Source: the human T2T-CHM13v2.0 reference genome, Homo sapiens
Length of the DNA stretch: 64,000 nt
Strand: one strand, 5' to 3'
Assembly: GCF_009914755.1 (NCBI RefSeq)
Contig: NC_060941.1
Shown here: piece by piece, positions 14,430 to 29,653 of the stretch
Layout: the number at the start of each line of letters is the position of its first letter
How positions within the stretch are numbered: position 1 is the first letter of the stretch
Position numbers and translations under genes: made by a program
Notes under the pieces: generated by a model
What the model was told of the DNA's origin: nothing
Database searches by the model: none
Seen by the model: only the letters and a program-made list of their open reading frames with translations

Positions 14430-14945
14430 TTACTGTTTTTATTTCAATAGGTTTTTGGGGAACAGGTGGTGTTTGGTTACATGAATAAGTTCATTAGTGG
14501 TGATTTCTGAGATTTTGGTGCACCCATCAACCGAGCAGTGTACACTGTACCCAATGTGTAGTCTTTTATTTCTCACCTGCCTCTCACCCTTTCCCCCAAG
14601 TCCCCAAAGTCCTTCTTATGCCTTTGCATCCTCATAGCTTAGCTCCCACTTATGAGTGAGAACACACGATGTTTGGTTTTCCATTCCTGAGTCACTTCAC
14701 TTAGAACGATGGTCTACAGTTTCATCCACGTTGCTGGCAATGCCATTATTTCATTCCTTTTCATGGCTGAGTAGTATTCCATGGTGTATATCACATTTTC
14801 TTTATCCACTCATTGATCAGTGGGCATTTGGTCTGGTTCCATATTTCGCAGTTGCAAATTGTGCTGCTATAAACATGCATGTGTAAGTATCTTTTTCGTT
14901 TAATGACTTCTTTTCCTCTGAGTAGATACCCAGGAGTGGGATTGC
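14430..14945 (-). mobile_element. L1PB-type 3' end
   Basis: atttcaataggtttttggggaacaggtggtg...tagctcccacttatgagtgagaaca. Confidence 0.85.
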
Positions 14946-15199
14946 TTATTGGTGATTTTAATTTGCATGTAGTTGATGTATGAGTACTTGCTGTAGCTAG
15001 CTGTTAGGATACCCTACAACTCAGCACTTGTTTTTAAGCAAAAAGTAGTAAAAACTTTAAAGAAGTGTTACAGTTAAAATTATATATACATTTATATTTT
15101 ATGTATATATAAATATATGTGTGTGTATGTGTATATATATATACACATACACACACACACAGTTAAAAAATATATATATATACACACACACACACACAC

Positions 15200-15500
15200 T
15201 TACAAGGGGTTTGGGGCACTCATCCCCCATGCAATTGAAAATTTTTGTGTAAGTCTTGACCCCCTGAAAACTTTACTAATAGACTGCTGTTTACCTGAAG
15301 TCTTACTGATAACATATGTAGTCAATTAACACATATTTTGTATATGTATTATATACTGTATTCTTATAATAAAACAAGAGAAAATACTAAGAAAATCATA
15401 AGGAAGAGAAAATATAGAGAGGGGTTGGTCTTACTGTCTCAGGTGTGGCAAAGGTGGAAGAAAATCCATCTATAAATGAACTCATGTTGTCTGAGGGCTT
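15200..15500. mobile_element. Tigger2a-like DNA transposon fragment
   Basis: aactttactaatagactgctg...agtcaattaacacatatttt...aagaaaatcataaggaagagaaaata. Confidence 0.75.
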
Positions 15501-15599
15501 GTGTGTCTGTGTGTTGTGTGCACATATATATACACCCCAATAATATACAGAATCTAATGAACATTTTGTTTTTCATCTTGTAGGAATCATTTATGTAAT

Positions 15600-18500
15600 A
15601 TGCTTAAATACTTAGTACTTTGTTTTTGTTAATTTTCATATTATTTATTTGATGCATAGATTCCATATGCTCGTATATATATTATGAAACAATGTTAAGA
15701 AGAAAGCTATGAACCTATACGCAAATTTAGAACCAAAACATTACCAATTCTATGGAAGCCACCTGTATTTCCTTCCCAAACCCAGTCTCTTTCCGTTTTT
15801 CAGAGATAACCATCATTAAAAATTTTGTATTTATAATTCTCTTGCTTTCTTTTCATTTTATTACATATACATTTATCCTTTCCCAATAAGGTGTTTAATG
15901 GTGTTTGCTTTTGAGCTTTATGAAAATGGTTATCGTAATTTAAGTAGTCTTTTTGTTATTTTTTTCCAATCAACATTGTACCTCTAAGAGTCACTCATGT
16001 TGTTTGGGTAAACTTTATTTTATTGCTCTTTATTACCATATAATATGACATTATGTGAATATATTCCAATTTCTTTATTCTCCTCTCGATGGCCATTTTT
16101 TGAATGCTGGCCCACTCACTAGTGGTAGTGAAATCAACTAGTGGTAGTGAAATCAACTTAATGAGTATAGTGGAAAAGATTAGTGTGCATCACATGTAGA
16201 GGGAATATTGTTCTGTTAAAAGGTGTTTCATGTGGGTACTTAGTTTCATTGTCAGATATACAAAATAATGACATTGTTTTCTACAATGCTTTTAACAAGT
16301 TATCCTTATAGTAGTGGGTTCCCATTACTCCATATCTCCACCAATTGGAATTGTCAGACTTCTACATTTTTACCAAAATGGCAGATATAAAATGGTAATG
16401 CTTTGTGGTTTTAATTTGTATATTCCTCCTTACGAATGAAGTTGACCAAGCTTTTATATATTCAGTAATAGTTACAATTTCCTCCTTTAAAAAGTGCTGA
16501 TCTTTAGCTCATTTTTTTTAGGGTTGATTTTTTTTTCTGGCAGTTGTATTTTCTTATATATGTCTTTTTTCTAGTGTCTTTCTTTTTATTGTTTTTTCAA
16601 CCATCATGACAATTAATATAAATATGTCTTTTAATCTTTTCTTTTATGGTTAGTGTTCCTTATTTTTATTTTCTGTGATGTCATTCAATGGTCTAAAATA
16701 TAAGATATTCTATATTTTTTCCCTTAGGCGTTTTAATATCTCACCTTTTACATTTAAGTCTTTAATTCATTGGTATTTGACTTTTGTGTACCGTGTAGAG
16801 TAGAAACCCTATTTCTTTATTTTTTTCTCATTTGGATAAACAGTTGACCCAGCACTACTAATTAAATAAGTCATGTCTCCTCTTCCTCTCCCCCAATCTT
16901 AGATAACACTTTTTTATCTGTCATTTTTTTCCATTTTTGTGAGTTTATTCCTGAACATACCCTTCCTTCTGTTTCAGTGACCGATGCAAACATTGATATA
17001 ATACTTTCTTAATTACTGTGACTTCAGTAAGTTTCAGTATGTGGTCACTGAAGCTCCCTCAACTTATTCTACTTAAGGATAATCTTATTTTTTCTTAAGC
17101 CTTTGCATTTCCATACAAATTTTATTTATTTATTTTGTTGTTGTTGTTGTTTGTTTATTTTGAGACAGGATCTCTCTGTTGCCCATGCTGGAGTACAGTG
17201 GTATGATCATAACTCACTGTGGCCTTGAACTCCTGGGCTCAAGAGATCTTTCTGCCTCAGCCTCTTGAGCAGCTGGGACTACAGGCATGCATCTTCGCAC
17301 CCAGCTATGTTTTCATTTTTGTAAGACAACGTCTCACTATGTTGTCTAGGCTGGTCAAGACCAGTCTTGGCCTCTTGGCCTTCAGTGATCCTCCTGCCTC
17401 AGCCTCCCAAAGTGCCAGGATTTCGGTCCTGGGCCACTGTGCCAAGCCTTCCATATAAATTTTAGATTCTGCTTGTGAAATTATTTTTTAAAATTCTTAT
17501 TGGGATATTTAATTGAAGCTGCATTGCTATGAAGAGAACTGATATGTTTTCAGAACTAATTCTTCCCATTCATATATACACTGTATCTCTCCATTTACCT
17601 GACTTCATTCATGTCTTTTACTAATTTTTAAATTTTTCCCTATGAAGACATTGCTCATCTTTTGTTAAATTTATTTCAAGTTTCTTTGCTGTATGGAATG
17701 AATTTTTAAATTAGACTTTTGAGTATGTACTGGTTATATTAATTTTGTTATATTGATCTTGTATCTAGCCATCTTTCTCAAGTTTTATTATTTATAATAA
17801 TTTCTGTAGATTACTTTGGATTATCTTTGTGAACAAACATATAATCTTCAAATGTCAGTATAGGTTCTTCCCTTTTAGTTTTAAAATCTTCTATTTTAGT
17901 TGCTTACTGAGCTGGGTAGACAGTAATAGTGGGAATCCTTGTCTTACTCATGATTCTAAAGAGCATGGTTTTATTTTATTTTATTTTCACCCTCTCCCCA
18001 AGGGCGTGTTTTTAACATGTTTCCAGTAAGAATAATGTTTTATAGGTGCTTTTTAAAAATAAGTTAGGGATTTTCCCTGTTATATTTTTCATCAACAGAC
18101 ATGGAGTTTTATTAAATACTTTGTCTGCATTTTTGAGATAGTCTTATTTTGCCCTTTAATTTGTGCATGTGATGAATTATACTTGCAGGTTGCTAAAGTT
18201 AAACCATTCTTACATTCTCTAGTAATTAATCAAACTTTTTCATAATGTGCTAATTTTTTTAGGACTTCTGTGTCATTAATACATGAAGATGGTCTATAAT
18301 TTTCTTTATACTGTCCTTTTCTAATTATGGTATCCAGTTATGCTTGTTTCTCAGAATGAGTTGCACTGTGTTACTTCTTTTTCTATTTTTTTCATAATAG
18401 TATATTAGGCATATTAAGAATTTATATTCTTTGTATAAGTTTAGAAAGAAATATTTCTTGAAAATTTACCTGTAAAACATCTTGGTCTTCTGTTTTCTTT

Positions 18501-19900
18501 TTGGAATGATGTTTAATTACTGGTTTAATTTCTTTGATATTTATAGAATGACTCAGGCTTCCTCTGTATTCTTTAGTGAATTTTGTCTTGCTTTTGTTTT
18601 TCTAAATGGCCATTTTGTCTAAGTTTTTTTTTTAAAAACTTGCTCACAAATGTTATATATCTTTTAAATCTCTGTAGCTTTTCTGTTTATATTCCACTTT
18701 TATTTCCTATTATTATTTACCTGTTTCTTTTTCATTTTTTCTCTGAGTAAATCTTGTAGAGGCTTGCCATTTTGTTAGTTTTTTTCAAAGAATTAACCTA
18801 TATGATTTTTACTATATTATTAGTTTCTTTTTTTATTGTTTTTTCTTCTAATTTATTGAAGTTTATTCTGTTTACTTCTTAAATATTTTCTTAAATATTT
18901 TCAGCTTCTTAAATATTTTCAGCTTCTCTTCTAAGAAATTGAGTTTCTGTATTTTTTCTAAATATCATTTTGCTACCGAACAAATTTGATATACAGTATT
19001 TTCATTGTCTTTCAACTCTAAATATTTTAAATTCCTAACAGTAATTCTTTTTGACCTGTTATCGATTTAGAAGTGTTTACAAGATCCCAGATTTGTTTGC
19101 TGTTAAACTTGTTATTTATTTGAATTTAAATTACACTGGGGTCAGAGAACATCATCTTTGTGACTTCTGACCTTTGATATTTGTTGAGATGTGCTTTACA
19201 GACTTACAAGTGGTTAATCTTTGAAAATAAATTATTGTGTGCATAAATCAATCTAATAAATCTTGCTATCTTATCCTTTTCAAATCCTCTATGTCCACTT
19301 TTTTTCTGCCTTACTTCTCTAACTGAAAGAGGAATAATGACATCTATTGTGGCAAAATTTCCAAGGCTTCCCTGAGTTTCTGTCAGTTTGATTTTTATAT
19401 TGTGTGATTCGTATCAGGTACCACCAAATTCAGAATTCTCGTAACTTCTTGATGAGTTAAAGTTTTCTAACATTATATTGCTGTCCTCTTTCTTTCATAA
19501 TGTTTTTTTTCTCCCTCAAAGTCTATTAGATTAGTTTGAAATAGGCTGGTATATGTTTTTATTTCTCTTTTGATCTCCCTGATTGTTTGTGTTTTAGATA
19601 CAGCTTTTTATTATTAGCACAGAGCTAGATTTTTTGTATCTGAGCTGAGCATCTTTTGCTTTTAACTAGAATATTTAGTTTATGTATGTTTTGTGATATA
19701 TTTGAGTCTGTGTTTACTATTTTACTTTGTGCTATTTTTTCTATATTGCTTTATGCAGCACCATTTTTTGTTTTCAATCATTAACTTTTTATTATATTGT
19801 CTGTTACTTTGGAAGATATATACTCTATTTCTACTCTTTCAGTGGTACCCTTGTAATGTTTATTACATTTTAGTTTAACAAAATCTGCTAAGAGCTTAGA
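15600..19900 (-). mobile_element. Highly decayed antisense L1M (L1ME-like), interrupted by an Alu
   Basis: T-rich sequence with reverse L1 ORF2 phrases (tttacatttaagtctttaattcat, ccatataaattttagattctgcttg). Confidence 0.7.
17119..17448 (-). mobile_element. AluJ SINE
   Basis: Diverged reverse Alu. Confidence 0.9.
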
Positions 19901-20240
19901 ACACTTAACTTCAACCACTTCACCTTCTTGATTCACATGATATTGTTGTCTTGTATCTCAGTTCCATCTTCAAAGTTTCTTTTTTACTTTTAAAATTTAC
20001 ATGAAGTAAAATTTACTTTTTTGTAGACTCTTATTTGTTTTAACACAGACATAGATTTATGTAACCTCCACCACAAACGAATTACAGAACAATTCTGTTA
20101 CCTCAAAAAGTTCCCTCATGCGGCATCTTTGCAGTCAAACCTTCCCCACCCCCATCTACATCACCCACTGCGCTGCTTTCCGTCCCTATGACTTAGCTTT
20201 TCCAGGGTGCCTTATAAATGAAATCATTCAGTATGTATGA

Positions 20241-20645
<405 letters not shown>

Positions 20646-20769
20646 ACCTGCTGAGCATATTCTGTCATATGCACCTATTCTCTAGTTTATCCATTCACCT
20701 GTTGAAGGGCATTTGAGTTGCTTCCAGATTTTTAGTATTACAAATAAAGCTCTATGGACATTCACAGAG

Positions 20770-20800
<31 letters not shown>

Positions 20801-22669
20801 AACATAAATGTTCTTTTCTCTAGAGTGGCTCTGCTGGGTCATATGGCAAGTGTATGTTCAAGTTTATGACAAACTGCCAAAGTGTTTTCTACATCGGCTG
20901 TACCATTTTGCTGTGCCCAACTCCTAGCAATGTGTGAGAGTTCCAGTTATTCCATATGGTCAAGAACTTGATGTGTGTGTGAGTGTGTGTTTGTGTGTGT
21001 GTGTGTTGTCACTCAAATACTAGTATCTCATTTTGCTCTTAATTTACATTGTCTTAAGGGCTAATAATGTTGAACCATCTTTTCTGTGCTTATTTTCTGC
21101 TTATCTGTCTTCATTGGTTAAGTTTTTATTCTGATTTCTAGCCCATTTTAAATAGGATTTTTTTTCTTATTGTTAAGTTTCAGAGTTCTTTGCATGTTCT
21201 GTATACAATTCTTATATATGTGAGTTACAAATAATTTCTCTCTTTTTCTGAGTTATCTTTTCATCTTTTAACAGTGTCTTTCACAGAACAAAAGCTTTTA
21301 GTTTTGAAGAAGTCTAATGTATCATTTTTTTTCTTTTATGAATCATGGTTTTGATGTTCTAAGAATCCATTGTCTAAAGCAAGGTCACAGATATTTTCTT
21401 CTATGTTTCCTGTAAATATTTTATAACTTTTTTTAATTGAAGTGTGTGATCTATTATAAATTAATTTTTGTGAATTATGTACAAATGGGCCAGGGTTCAT
21501 AGTTTTGCCTATTTATGTATTCTGTAGCAATTTGTTAGACTATCCTTCCTCCATTGAATTGCCTTTGTGCCTTTTTTAGAGACCACTGATCATATTTGTC
21601 TAGGTCTACTTTTTGTACTTTTATTCTTTTCCACTGATCTGGGTTTCTTTATTTTTGCCAAGACCGTACTCTCTTGATTGACTACTTAATTTTATACTAA
21701 ATCTTAACATTGGATCATGTGAGTCCTGCTTTTCTTTCTAGAAAATTTTAACTATTTCCTTTGTACTTTCGTATCAATTTTAGAATCAATTTGTCTGTAA
21801 CTATAATAAATCTTATTAAGATTTTGATTGGGATTGCATTTAATCTGTGATCAGTTTGGGGAGAAGTGATATCTTTGCCAGATACAAATACCACAGACAT
21901 GCTTTTTCTCTCTATTTAGATTTGCTTTTATTTATTTCATAAGCATTTTTTAGCTTTCTGCCTATACATTCTGTACATGTTTTAATGGATTAACACCTAA
22001 GTGTTTTTTTAAGAAACTGTCAGTGGTATTTTTTATTTCAGTATTCATGTGTTCATTATTAGTATGTACAATTTATTTTTGTATGTTTATCTCATATGCA
22101 ATCTTGCAGAAACCATTAGTTCTACGAATTTTTTTATAGGTTCCTTGGCATTTTCTACATAGACTATTATATCATCTGCAAATGGAGACATTTTTATTTG
22201 TCCCTCTTATATCTACATGCTTTTTTTCTTTTCTTGTCATATTACACTAACTTAAACTTCCAGGACCATGATGAATGAGTGGTAGGAGCAAATGCACTTG
22301 CCTTGATTCCTGTTTTGGAGGAAAGCATGTAGTCTTTCAAAAGTATAGATTTTTTCATATATGTTATTTATGAAGTTGAGGAAGTTTCCCTCTACTCCTA
22401 GTTTTCTAAGAGTTTTTTTTTTGTTTTTTTTTTTTACCATGAATGGGTTTTGAATCTTGTTAAATGCTTTTTCTACATTAATTGCTATGATCGTGTGGTT
22501 TTTCTTCCTTACTCTTTTAATACAGTGAGTGGATTACACTGATTGATATTTGAATGTTGAACCAACTTTTTATCCTTGGAATAAATCCCACTTGGTTTGT
22601 TATTCATAATGGTGAATTAGTCATACATAATGAAAAATTATTTTTATACATTGCTGAATTACATTTGCA

Positions 22670-22988
22670 TTGACTGATAGATTGATTGACTGATTGACAG
22701 GGCCTTGCTCTGCTCTCCAGGCTGGAGTACAAAGGAGTGATCATGGCTCACATTGAACCTTGACCTCCTGGGCTCCAGCGATCCTCCCACCTCAGCCACC
22801 CGAGTGGCTAGGACTACAGGCATGTACTACCATGCCTGGCTAATTTTTTCTCTCTCTCCTTTTGTTTTTGTAAAGTTGGGGTTTTATTATGTTGTCCAGG
22901 CTGGTCTCAAACTCCTATCCTCAAGTGATCCTCCACCTTGGCCTCCCGAAGTGTTGGGATTACAGACGTCAGTGACCATGCCCAGCCT
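22670..22988 (-). mobile_element. AluJ SINE
   Basis: Diverged reverse Alu with TTGA-type tail. Confidence 0.88.
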
Positions 22989-24696
22989 ATTTACTTTTAT
23001 TTTGTTAAGGACTTTTACACCCATATTCATAGAGGAATATTGGTCTATAATTATTTTTTTGGTCATGTTTTGATATCAAAGTAGTATTAGATTCATAAAA
23101 TGAATTGAGAAGCGTTCCTTCTTTCATTTTCTGGAAGAGATTGTTTAGAATAGGTGATATTTCTTTTTAAAACATTTGGTAGAATTATCTAATGAAATCT
23201 TCTGGGCCTGAAGATTTTTGCAGGGAAGTTTTTAAAGTACAAATTCAAATTTTTATAGCTATAGAGAATATTCAAATGATCTATTTCATATTATGTGTAT
23301 TGCAATCATTTTTGTTTTTTTTTTTTTTAGGAATTTGTCCATTTCATCTAAGTTGTCAAATTTGTGTGTGTAGGTTTTTCAAAGGCATCCTTTTGATTTC
23401 TGCAGGGTATGTTAATGATATTCCCTGCTTCATTCCTATTGTTGATAATGTTCTTTTCAGTCTTGCTAGAGATTTTTTAAACTTTATTGATCTTTTCAAA
23501 GAACTCGCTCTTTGAGTTTCTTTAGTTTTTGTTGTTGTGTTGTTGTTGTTAAAGTCATTATTTTCTTCCCTTATGCTATAATTTCCTTCTTCCTGCTTGC
23601 TTTGGACTTTATTTGGTCTTTTTTCTAGGTTGTTGGAGTAGGATCTTTTATTGACTTGGAACTATTCTTTTCTAATGTATAGATTTAATGCTATAATTTT
23701 TTTCCCAGCACAACTTTGGTTGTGCCCAACATTTTTACATGTTATGTTTTTATTTCATTCAGTTTAATTTTTAAACATCTGCCTTGAGACCCTCCATGGA
23801 TTATTTAAAAGTTGTTTAGTTTCCACGTATTTGAAAATTTTCTTCTTATGCTGCTGTTACTGATTTCTCATTTGATTCCATTGTGGTCACGGAACAAACT
23901 GCATATGACTTTCATTCTTTCAAATTAGTTGAGGTTTGTTTTGTAGTTCCAGATGCTGTCTATCTTGGTATATGTTCCGTGGAAACTGGAAAATAACATA
24001 TATTCTGCTCATGTTGGGTGGAGTGTTCTGTAAGTATCAATTAGATCTTATTGGTTAATGGAGGTGTTGTGTTTTTTATATATTGTTGCTGATTTTTAAA
24101 ATTTAGTTCTATTAATTATTGAGAGAGAAGGTGTTGAAGTTTCCAACTATAGTTGTGTATTTGTCTATTTCTTCTTTTCATTGTATCAGTTTTTTGCTTC
24201 ATATATTTTACAGCTCTGTTTTTTGGTGGATATACACTTAGGATTGTTGTGTCTTAGTGGCTTGACCCTTTTGTCATTATTTCATGCTCCCCTTTATCTC
24301 TGGTAATTTTCTTTGTTCTGAAATTGTCTTTATGTGACATTAATATAGATACTTCTGCCTTTTTGGATCAGTGCTTCCATTATGTCTTTTCCAATTTTTT
24401 ATTTTTAAGCTGCCTGTATAATTTATTTGAAATGAGATTCTTGTAGACACCATATTTTTAAATCCATTCTTCTAGTTCTTGTCTTTTAATTGGTGTGTTT
24501 AGGCTGGTTACATTTAATGTAATTATAGACATGTTAAACATAAATCTGCCATTTTTGTTTATTTTTTGTTTTCTGTTCTTTCTGTTTTTCATTGCTTGTA
24601 TTCCTTTCTTCTTTCTTGTATTCATTTCTTGTTTTCTTGTATTCCTATGGGTTAATTTATCATTTTTGAGAATTCCATTGATGTATTTCTTGTGTT

Positions 24697-27106
24697 TGTC
24701 TTGTTCCATTTTGTGCTCTAACAGAATGCCACATTCTGAGTAATTTATAAGAAGCTGAAATTTTATTTTCTCAGAGTCCTGGAGGCTGGGAAGTCCAACA
24801 AGGGGCTAGCATCTGGTGAAGGCCTTCTTGAAACATTATAACATGGCAGAAGGGAACACATGGGTGAGAGAGCAAGAGGGGGCCAACCTTGTCCTTTTAT
24901 AAGAAACCCACATCTGTGACAATGAACCCACTCCCACAATAACAGCATTAATCTGAACACTTCCCATTAGATCCCACTTCTCAACACCACTGCATTGGGG
25001 ATCCGGTTTCCAACACAGGAACTTCAGGAGACATATTCAGCTTTTAGCATTCTGCCTCTGACCCCCAAAATTCATGTCTTCACATGAAAAATGCATTTGC
25101 TCCATCTCAATAGCCCCAGAATCTTAACTGGTTCCAATACCACCTCAAAAGTCCAGAATCTCATCTAGATCAGATATTGATGAGATTCAAGGTACAATTC
25201 TTCCTGAGGCAAACTTCTTCTAGCTGTGAGATTGTGAAATCGAAACAAGTAATCTACCTTAAAATGCAGTGGAGGGAAAGACATGGGATAGATGTTCCTA
25301 TCTCAAAAGAGAGAAATAGGCAAGAATAAAGGGATAACTGGTTCCAACTAAGTCCAAAATCCAATAGGGAAAATGTTAAATCTTAAAGCTAGAGAATCAT
25401 TTTTACTCCATGTGTAACTTTTGAGCATACTGGGGTGGAGGTTTTGACCTCAAAGCCTTGGGCAGTCCTGTTTTCATGGTTTTGCTGGGTGTGGCAGTTT
25501 TCTCAGGCTGGGGCTATGTGCTGGTAGCTCTACAGTTCTGGGGTTTGGGGGCAGCCCTGTCCCCATGGCTCCACTAGGCATTGCCTTAGTGAGTACTCTC
25601 TACAGTGGCTTTGTCCCCACAGTTCTGCTGGGCATCACCCTAATAGACTCTCTCTGTGGTGGTTCCACTCTTGTGACATGTCTCTTGTGACATGTCTGTG
25701 CCTGGATCCCTAGGCTGTCTGATACATCCTTTGAAATCTAGGTGGAGGTAGTTTTGTACCCCTGTCTCCAAAAATGTATACCTCCACAGCTTATGAACTC
25801 TGTGCACCAGCAGAGTTAGCATTATATGGATGCCACCAAGCTTACCACTTATGCCCTCTGGAGAGCAGCAGCCCAGACTACACTTGGGGTTACTTGAGTA
25901 ATGGCTGGGGCAGCCAAGGAGCTCTGCACTGGAATGCAGGGAACAGAGTCCTTGGGCAGTGAACCCATGGAAGGCATCTTGGGCTAGTCTGATGAAACCA
26001 TTCTCCCCTCCTAGAGCTCTGAGCCTGTAATGGGAGGAGCAGCCTCAAAGATCTCTGAAATATCTTGGAGGTAATTCTCTCATTGCCTTGATGAATAGCA
26101 CCTGGCTTCCTGCTATCCATGCTAAGCCTTTTCTCAAAGGGGACACTTGGCACATTTTTGTGTTTTACGTGGCCAGGCTGTGAATTTTCCAGATGGTTAC
26201 ATTCTGCTTCTCTTTTAATCATAAATTCCACCTTTAAATATTTTCTCTCCTCTTGCATCTTACTGTATGCAGTTAAAGGAAGCCATGCAGATTCTTCCAT
26301 ATTTTGCTTAGAAATTTCTTCCACCATGTATCCTAGTTCATCACTCTTAATTTCTGTCTTCATTAAAACCCTTGGGGATGGACATAGTTCAGTCAAGTTC
26401 TGTATAACTTTATAGGAAGGATGGACTTGACTTCAGTTTCTAATAAGATATTTTTCATTCTCATGTAAGACCTCATCAGAGTGGTCTTTACTGTCCATAT
26501 TTCTGCCCACATTGTGATCATTAATATCTAAGTAACCTCTAAGAAGTTTTACCCTTCATACAGCTCTTCTCTTCTGAGCCCTCACCAGAATCACCTTTAA
26601 CTCTTTGTTCACAGCAATGCAGCCTTTTTCTAGCCTGCTCTTCCAGACTCGTCTAGTCTCCACTATCCAGTTCCAAAGCTGCTTCCACAATTGTAGGTAT
26701 TTGTTATAGCAGTACCTCACTCTCTGGTACCAATTGTCTTTGTGCTGCCATAAATGAATACTATGGTCTCTAATTTATAATAAACAAAAATTTATTGGCC
26801 GCAGTTCTGAAGGCTGGGAAGTTTGAGATGGAGGAGCTAGCGTCTGGCAAGGTCCTTCTTGCTACATTGTAACATGATGGAAGTCATCACATGGGCAGGA
26901 GAGAGCAAGAGGGAGCTCACGTTGTCCTTTTATAAGAAACCCACCCTCATGATAATGAACACACTCCCACAGTGACAGCATTAATTCATTGAGGGTTGTG
27001 TCCCCTTACCCATATACCTCCTCTTAGGCTTCACCTTTCAGCACTGCTGCATTGGAGATCAAGTTTTCAACATGTGAACTTTGAGGAACACATCCAAACC
27101 ACAGGA
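24697..27106 (-). mobile_element. Two-LTR MaLR provirus (MST/MLT1A type): LTR 24697-25049, internal 25050-26734, LTR 26735-27106
   Basis: Two homologous LTRs (ggctgggaagt...tccttttataagaaaccca...gcattaat) flank a ~1.7 kb MaLR internal region containing the 168-aa ORF 25890..26396. Confidence 0.88.
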
Positions 27107-27246
27107 GTATAGTTGAGATGGCTCTAGGTGTTACCTACTATTTACATAACTTATCATAGTCTGCTGCTATCATTATTTTACCGGTTTAAGTGATAGCTTC
27201 CTCCATCCTTGGTATTTCAAGTTTCCTTCTTTTATCATTTTTGGGG

Positions 27247-27537
27247 TTTTTTTTTTTTTTAGATGGAGTCTCACTCTTGTCACCTAGGCTGGAGTGCAGT
27301 GGCATGATGTCGGCTCACTGCAACCTCTGCCTCCCCAGGTTCAAGCGATTCTCCTGCCTCAGCCTCCTCAGTAGCTGGGATTGCAGGTGCGCACCACCAC
27401 GCCCGGCTAATTTTTTGTATTTTTAGCAGAGATGGCCATGTTGGCCAGGCTGGTCTCGAACTTCTGACTGCAGGTGATCCACCCGCCTTGGCATCCCAAA
27501 GTGCTGGGATTGCAGGCGTGAGCCACTGTGCCCAGCC
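27247..27537 (-). mobile_element. AluS SINE
   Basis: Reverse Alu with a small internal deletion. Confidence 0.93.
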
Positions 27538-29653
27538 TTTGGGTTGTTTTTAGATAACTTTCTTTAGCAATAAGAAGCCTGCTGATGACAAATTTTGTCA
27601 ACTTTTGTATATCTGAGATTGTCTTGATCTCCCCTTCATTTCTGAAGAATATTTTCATTAGCTAAAGGGTTCTAGGTTGACAGTTTCTTTCTTTCAACCC
27701 TGGAAAAATGATGTGCCACTTTCTTTTAGTCTCCATTTTTCTTGAGAAATCTGCTGTCATTCTAATTGCTTTTCCCCCATTGTTAAGGTATCATTTCTTT
27801 CACCTTGGTTTCAAGATTTGTCTTTAGTTCTTAGAAGTTTGACCATGATGTGTCTTGGTGAGGATTTCTTTATGTTTATCCTCTTTGGGGTTTGTTCAGC
27901 TTTTTAAATATGTAGGTTTGTGTCTTGTGCCACATTTGGGACATTTTTAGCCATTATTTCTCTGAGTATTTTTTAGCCTATCTTTTTTTAACTTTTTTAT
28001 TGTGGCCAACTTAGTCTAATATAGCTACCATTTTTTCCCTTCTTCTTCTGGGACTCTGATGACATAAAATATTTGATCTTTTGTTATAGCCCCACAGGTC
28101 CCTGAGGGTTTTTTTGTTTGTTGATTTGTTTGGTCTATTTTTGCCCTGTTGTTCAGATTGGAAAATTGCTGTTATGCTTCCTCCAGTTCACTGATTCTTT
28201 CATCTGCCCGCTCTGTTCTGCTGTTGAACCCATCAACTGAGTTTTTTTTTTTGTCAATTAGATTGTTGTATTTTTCAGATCTAAAATTTTTGTTTCTTCT
28301 TTATATCTTCTATTTTCTTTCTGAGACTTCCTATTTCATTTATTTCAAAAGTGTTTATTACTACACGTTGAAGCATTTTCATAATGAATACTTTAATTGG
28401 AATCTATTGTCTTTTTTTCTTTCAGTTTGAGTTTTTTTTTCTGCTTCTTGGTGTGATGAGTAACTGAAATCTGGATATTATGGCTGTTATATTATGTGAC
28501 TCTGGATCTCATTTAAACTTTGTCTTGTAGCCAGCTTTCTCTGATGCTGCTCTAGTGGGGGGAGCAGTTTCTAGTGCTTTGTTTCTGATGAGCTGGGGTA
28601 GAAGTCCAGATTCCCCACTTGGCTGGCCTTCATTGACCCTTCGAAGATGGAGGTTCTTCTTGTTAATACTTGGTGGGTGTGGGAGTTCTGGTTCTCTACT
28701 GGGCCTCCACTGATACCTCAGTGGCTGGTGGGAGTGGGGTTATGAGTGTCTCATTATTGCTCCCTACTTGGCTTTCACTAATACTGCAGAAGGGAGCAGC
28801 CTTGTTACTGCTGGGTGTTGGCAAGAGTCCTGTCTGTCCACTAGGACTCCTTTGACACCACACCAATGGGAAGGTGAAGAGATGCTTCGTTATCACCACA
28901 TGGGCGTGGGTGTCCAGGTGACCATATGATTTCCACTGGTCCTGCAGCAGAGGAGGATGGGCTTTGTCAGTTGCCTAGTAGTGATAGACGCTTCCACTCC
29001 CTAGATGGATGTTCTCTTTATGTTTCTCAGTGTTCTCTGATGCTCCCACACTGATGAGGGGTACGGGCTTGGGTGGTTGTTACAGCCTGGTAGGAGTAGA
29101 AGTCAGGGCTCCCTACTCAGCTTTTGCTGGCTTGGGTGGAGTAGGACACAGTTCTTTTCTGTGGTGTTGGCTGCAGTGAGCAGTTTTCTAAAAAGTGTCT
29201 GTCTTTCTAGGCTGCTCCTTTCTTTGTCCTTTGTCTACAGAGACCAGGCTTTTGTTGGGGTTTGTTTTGTCTGAGCCTCTTGGTGTTTTAGGTGTTGCTG
29301 TTGTTCTTAAGCTCCAAGTCTGAGAAATGTGAAGGACAACACTTTTACCATGTTATTCTGAAGGTTCCCAGCCAGTATGCCTTCCTTCTCCTTTTCAGGG
29401 TCTTACGTTTCTAAACAATCCTAGGTTTTTAGTTGTGTGAGTGAGGAGAATTGCTAAAATACATTCACTCCTTCCTCCTGGAAGCAGAAGTCCTACTGCT
29501 TATTTTTTAATATATCATTTGTTCTTTGATATTTTATACATGTATTATAGTCTTTGATCATTGCAATAGTCGAAATTCTTTAGACTTCTTGTATGTTGTT
29601 TCTTCTTTCTCTGTACTCTTAAATCTTGATGATTTGTTTTCATGTGAATTTGC

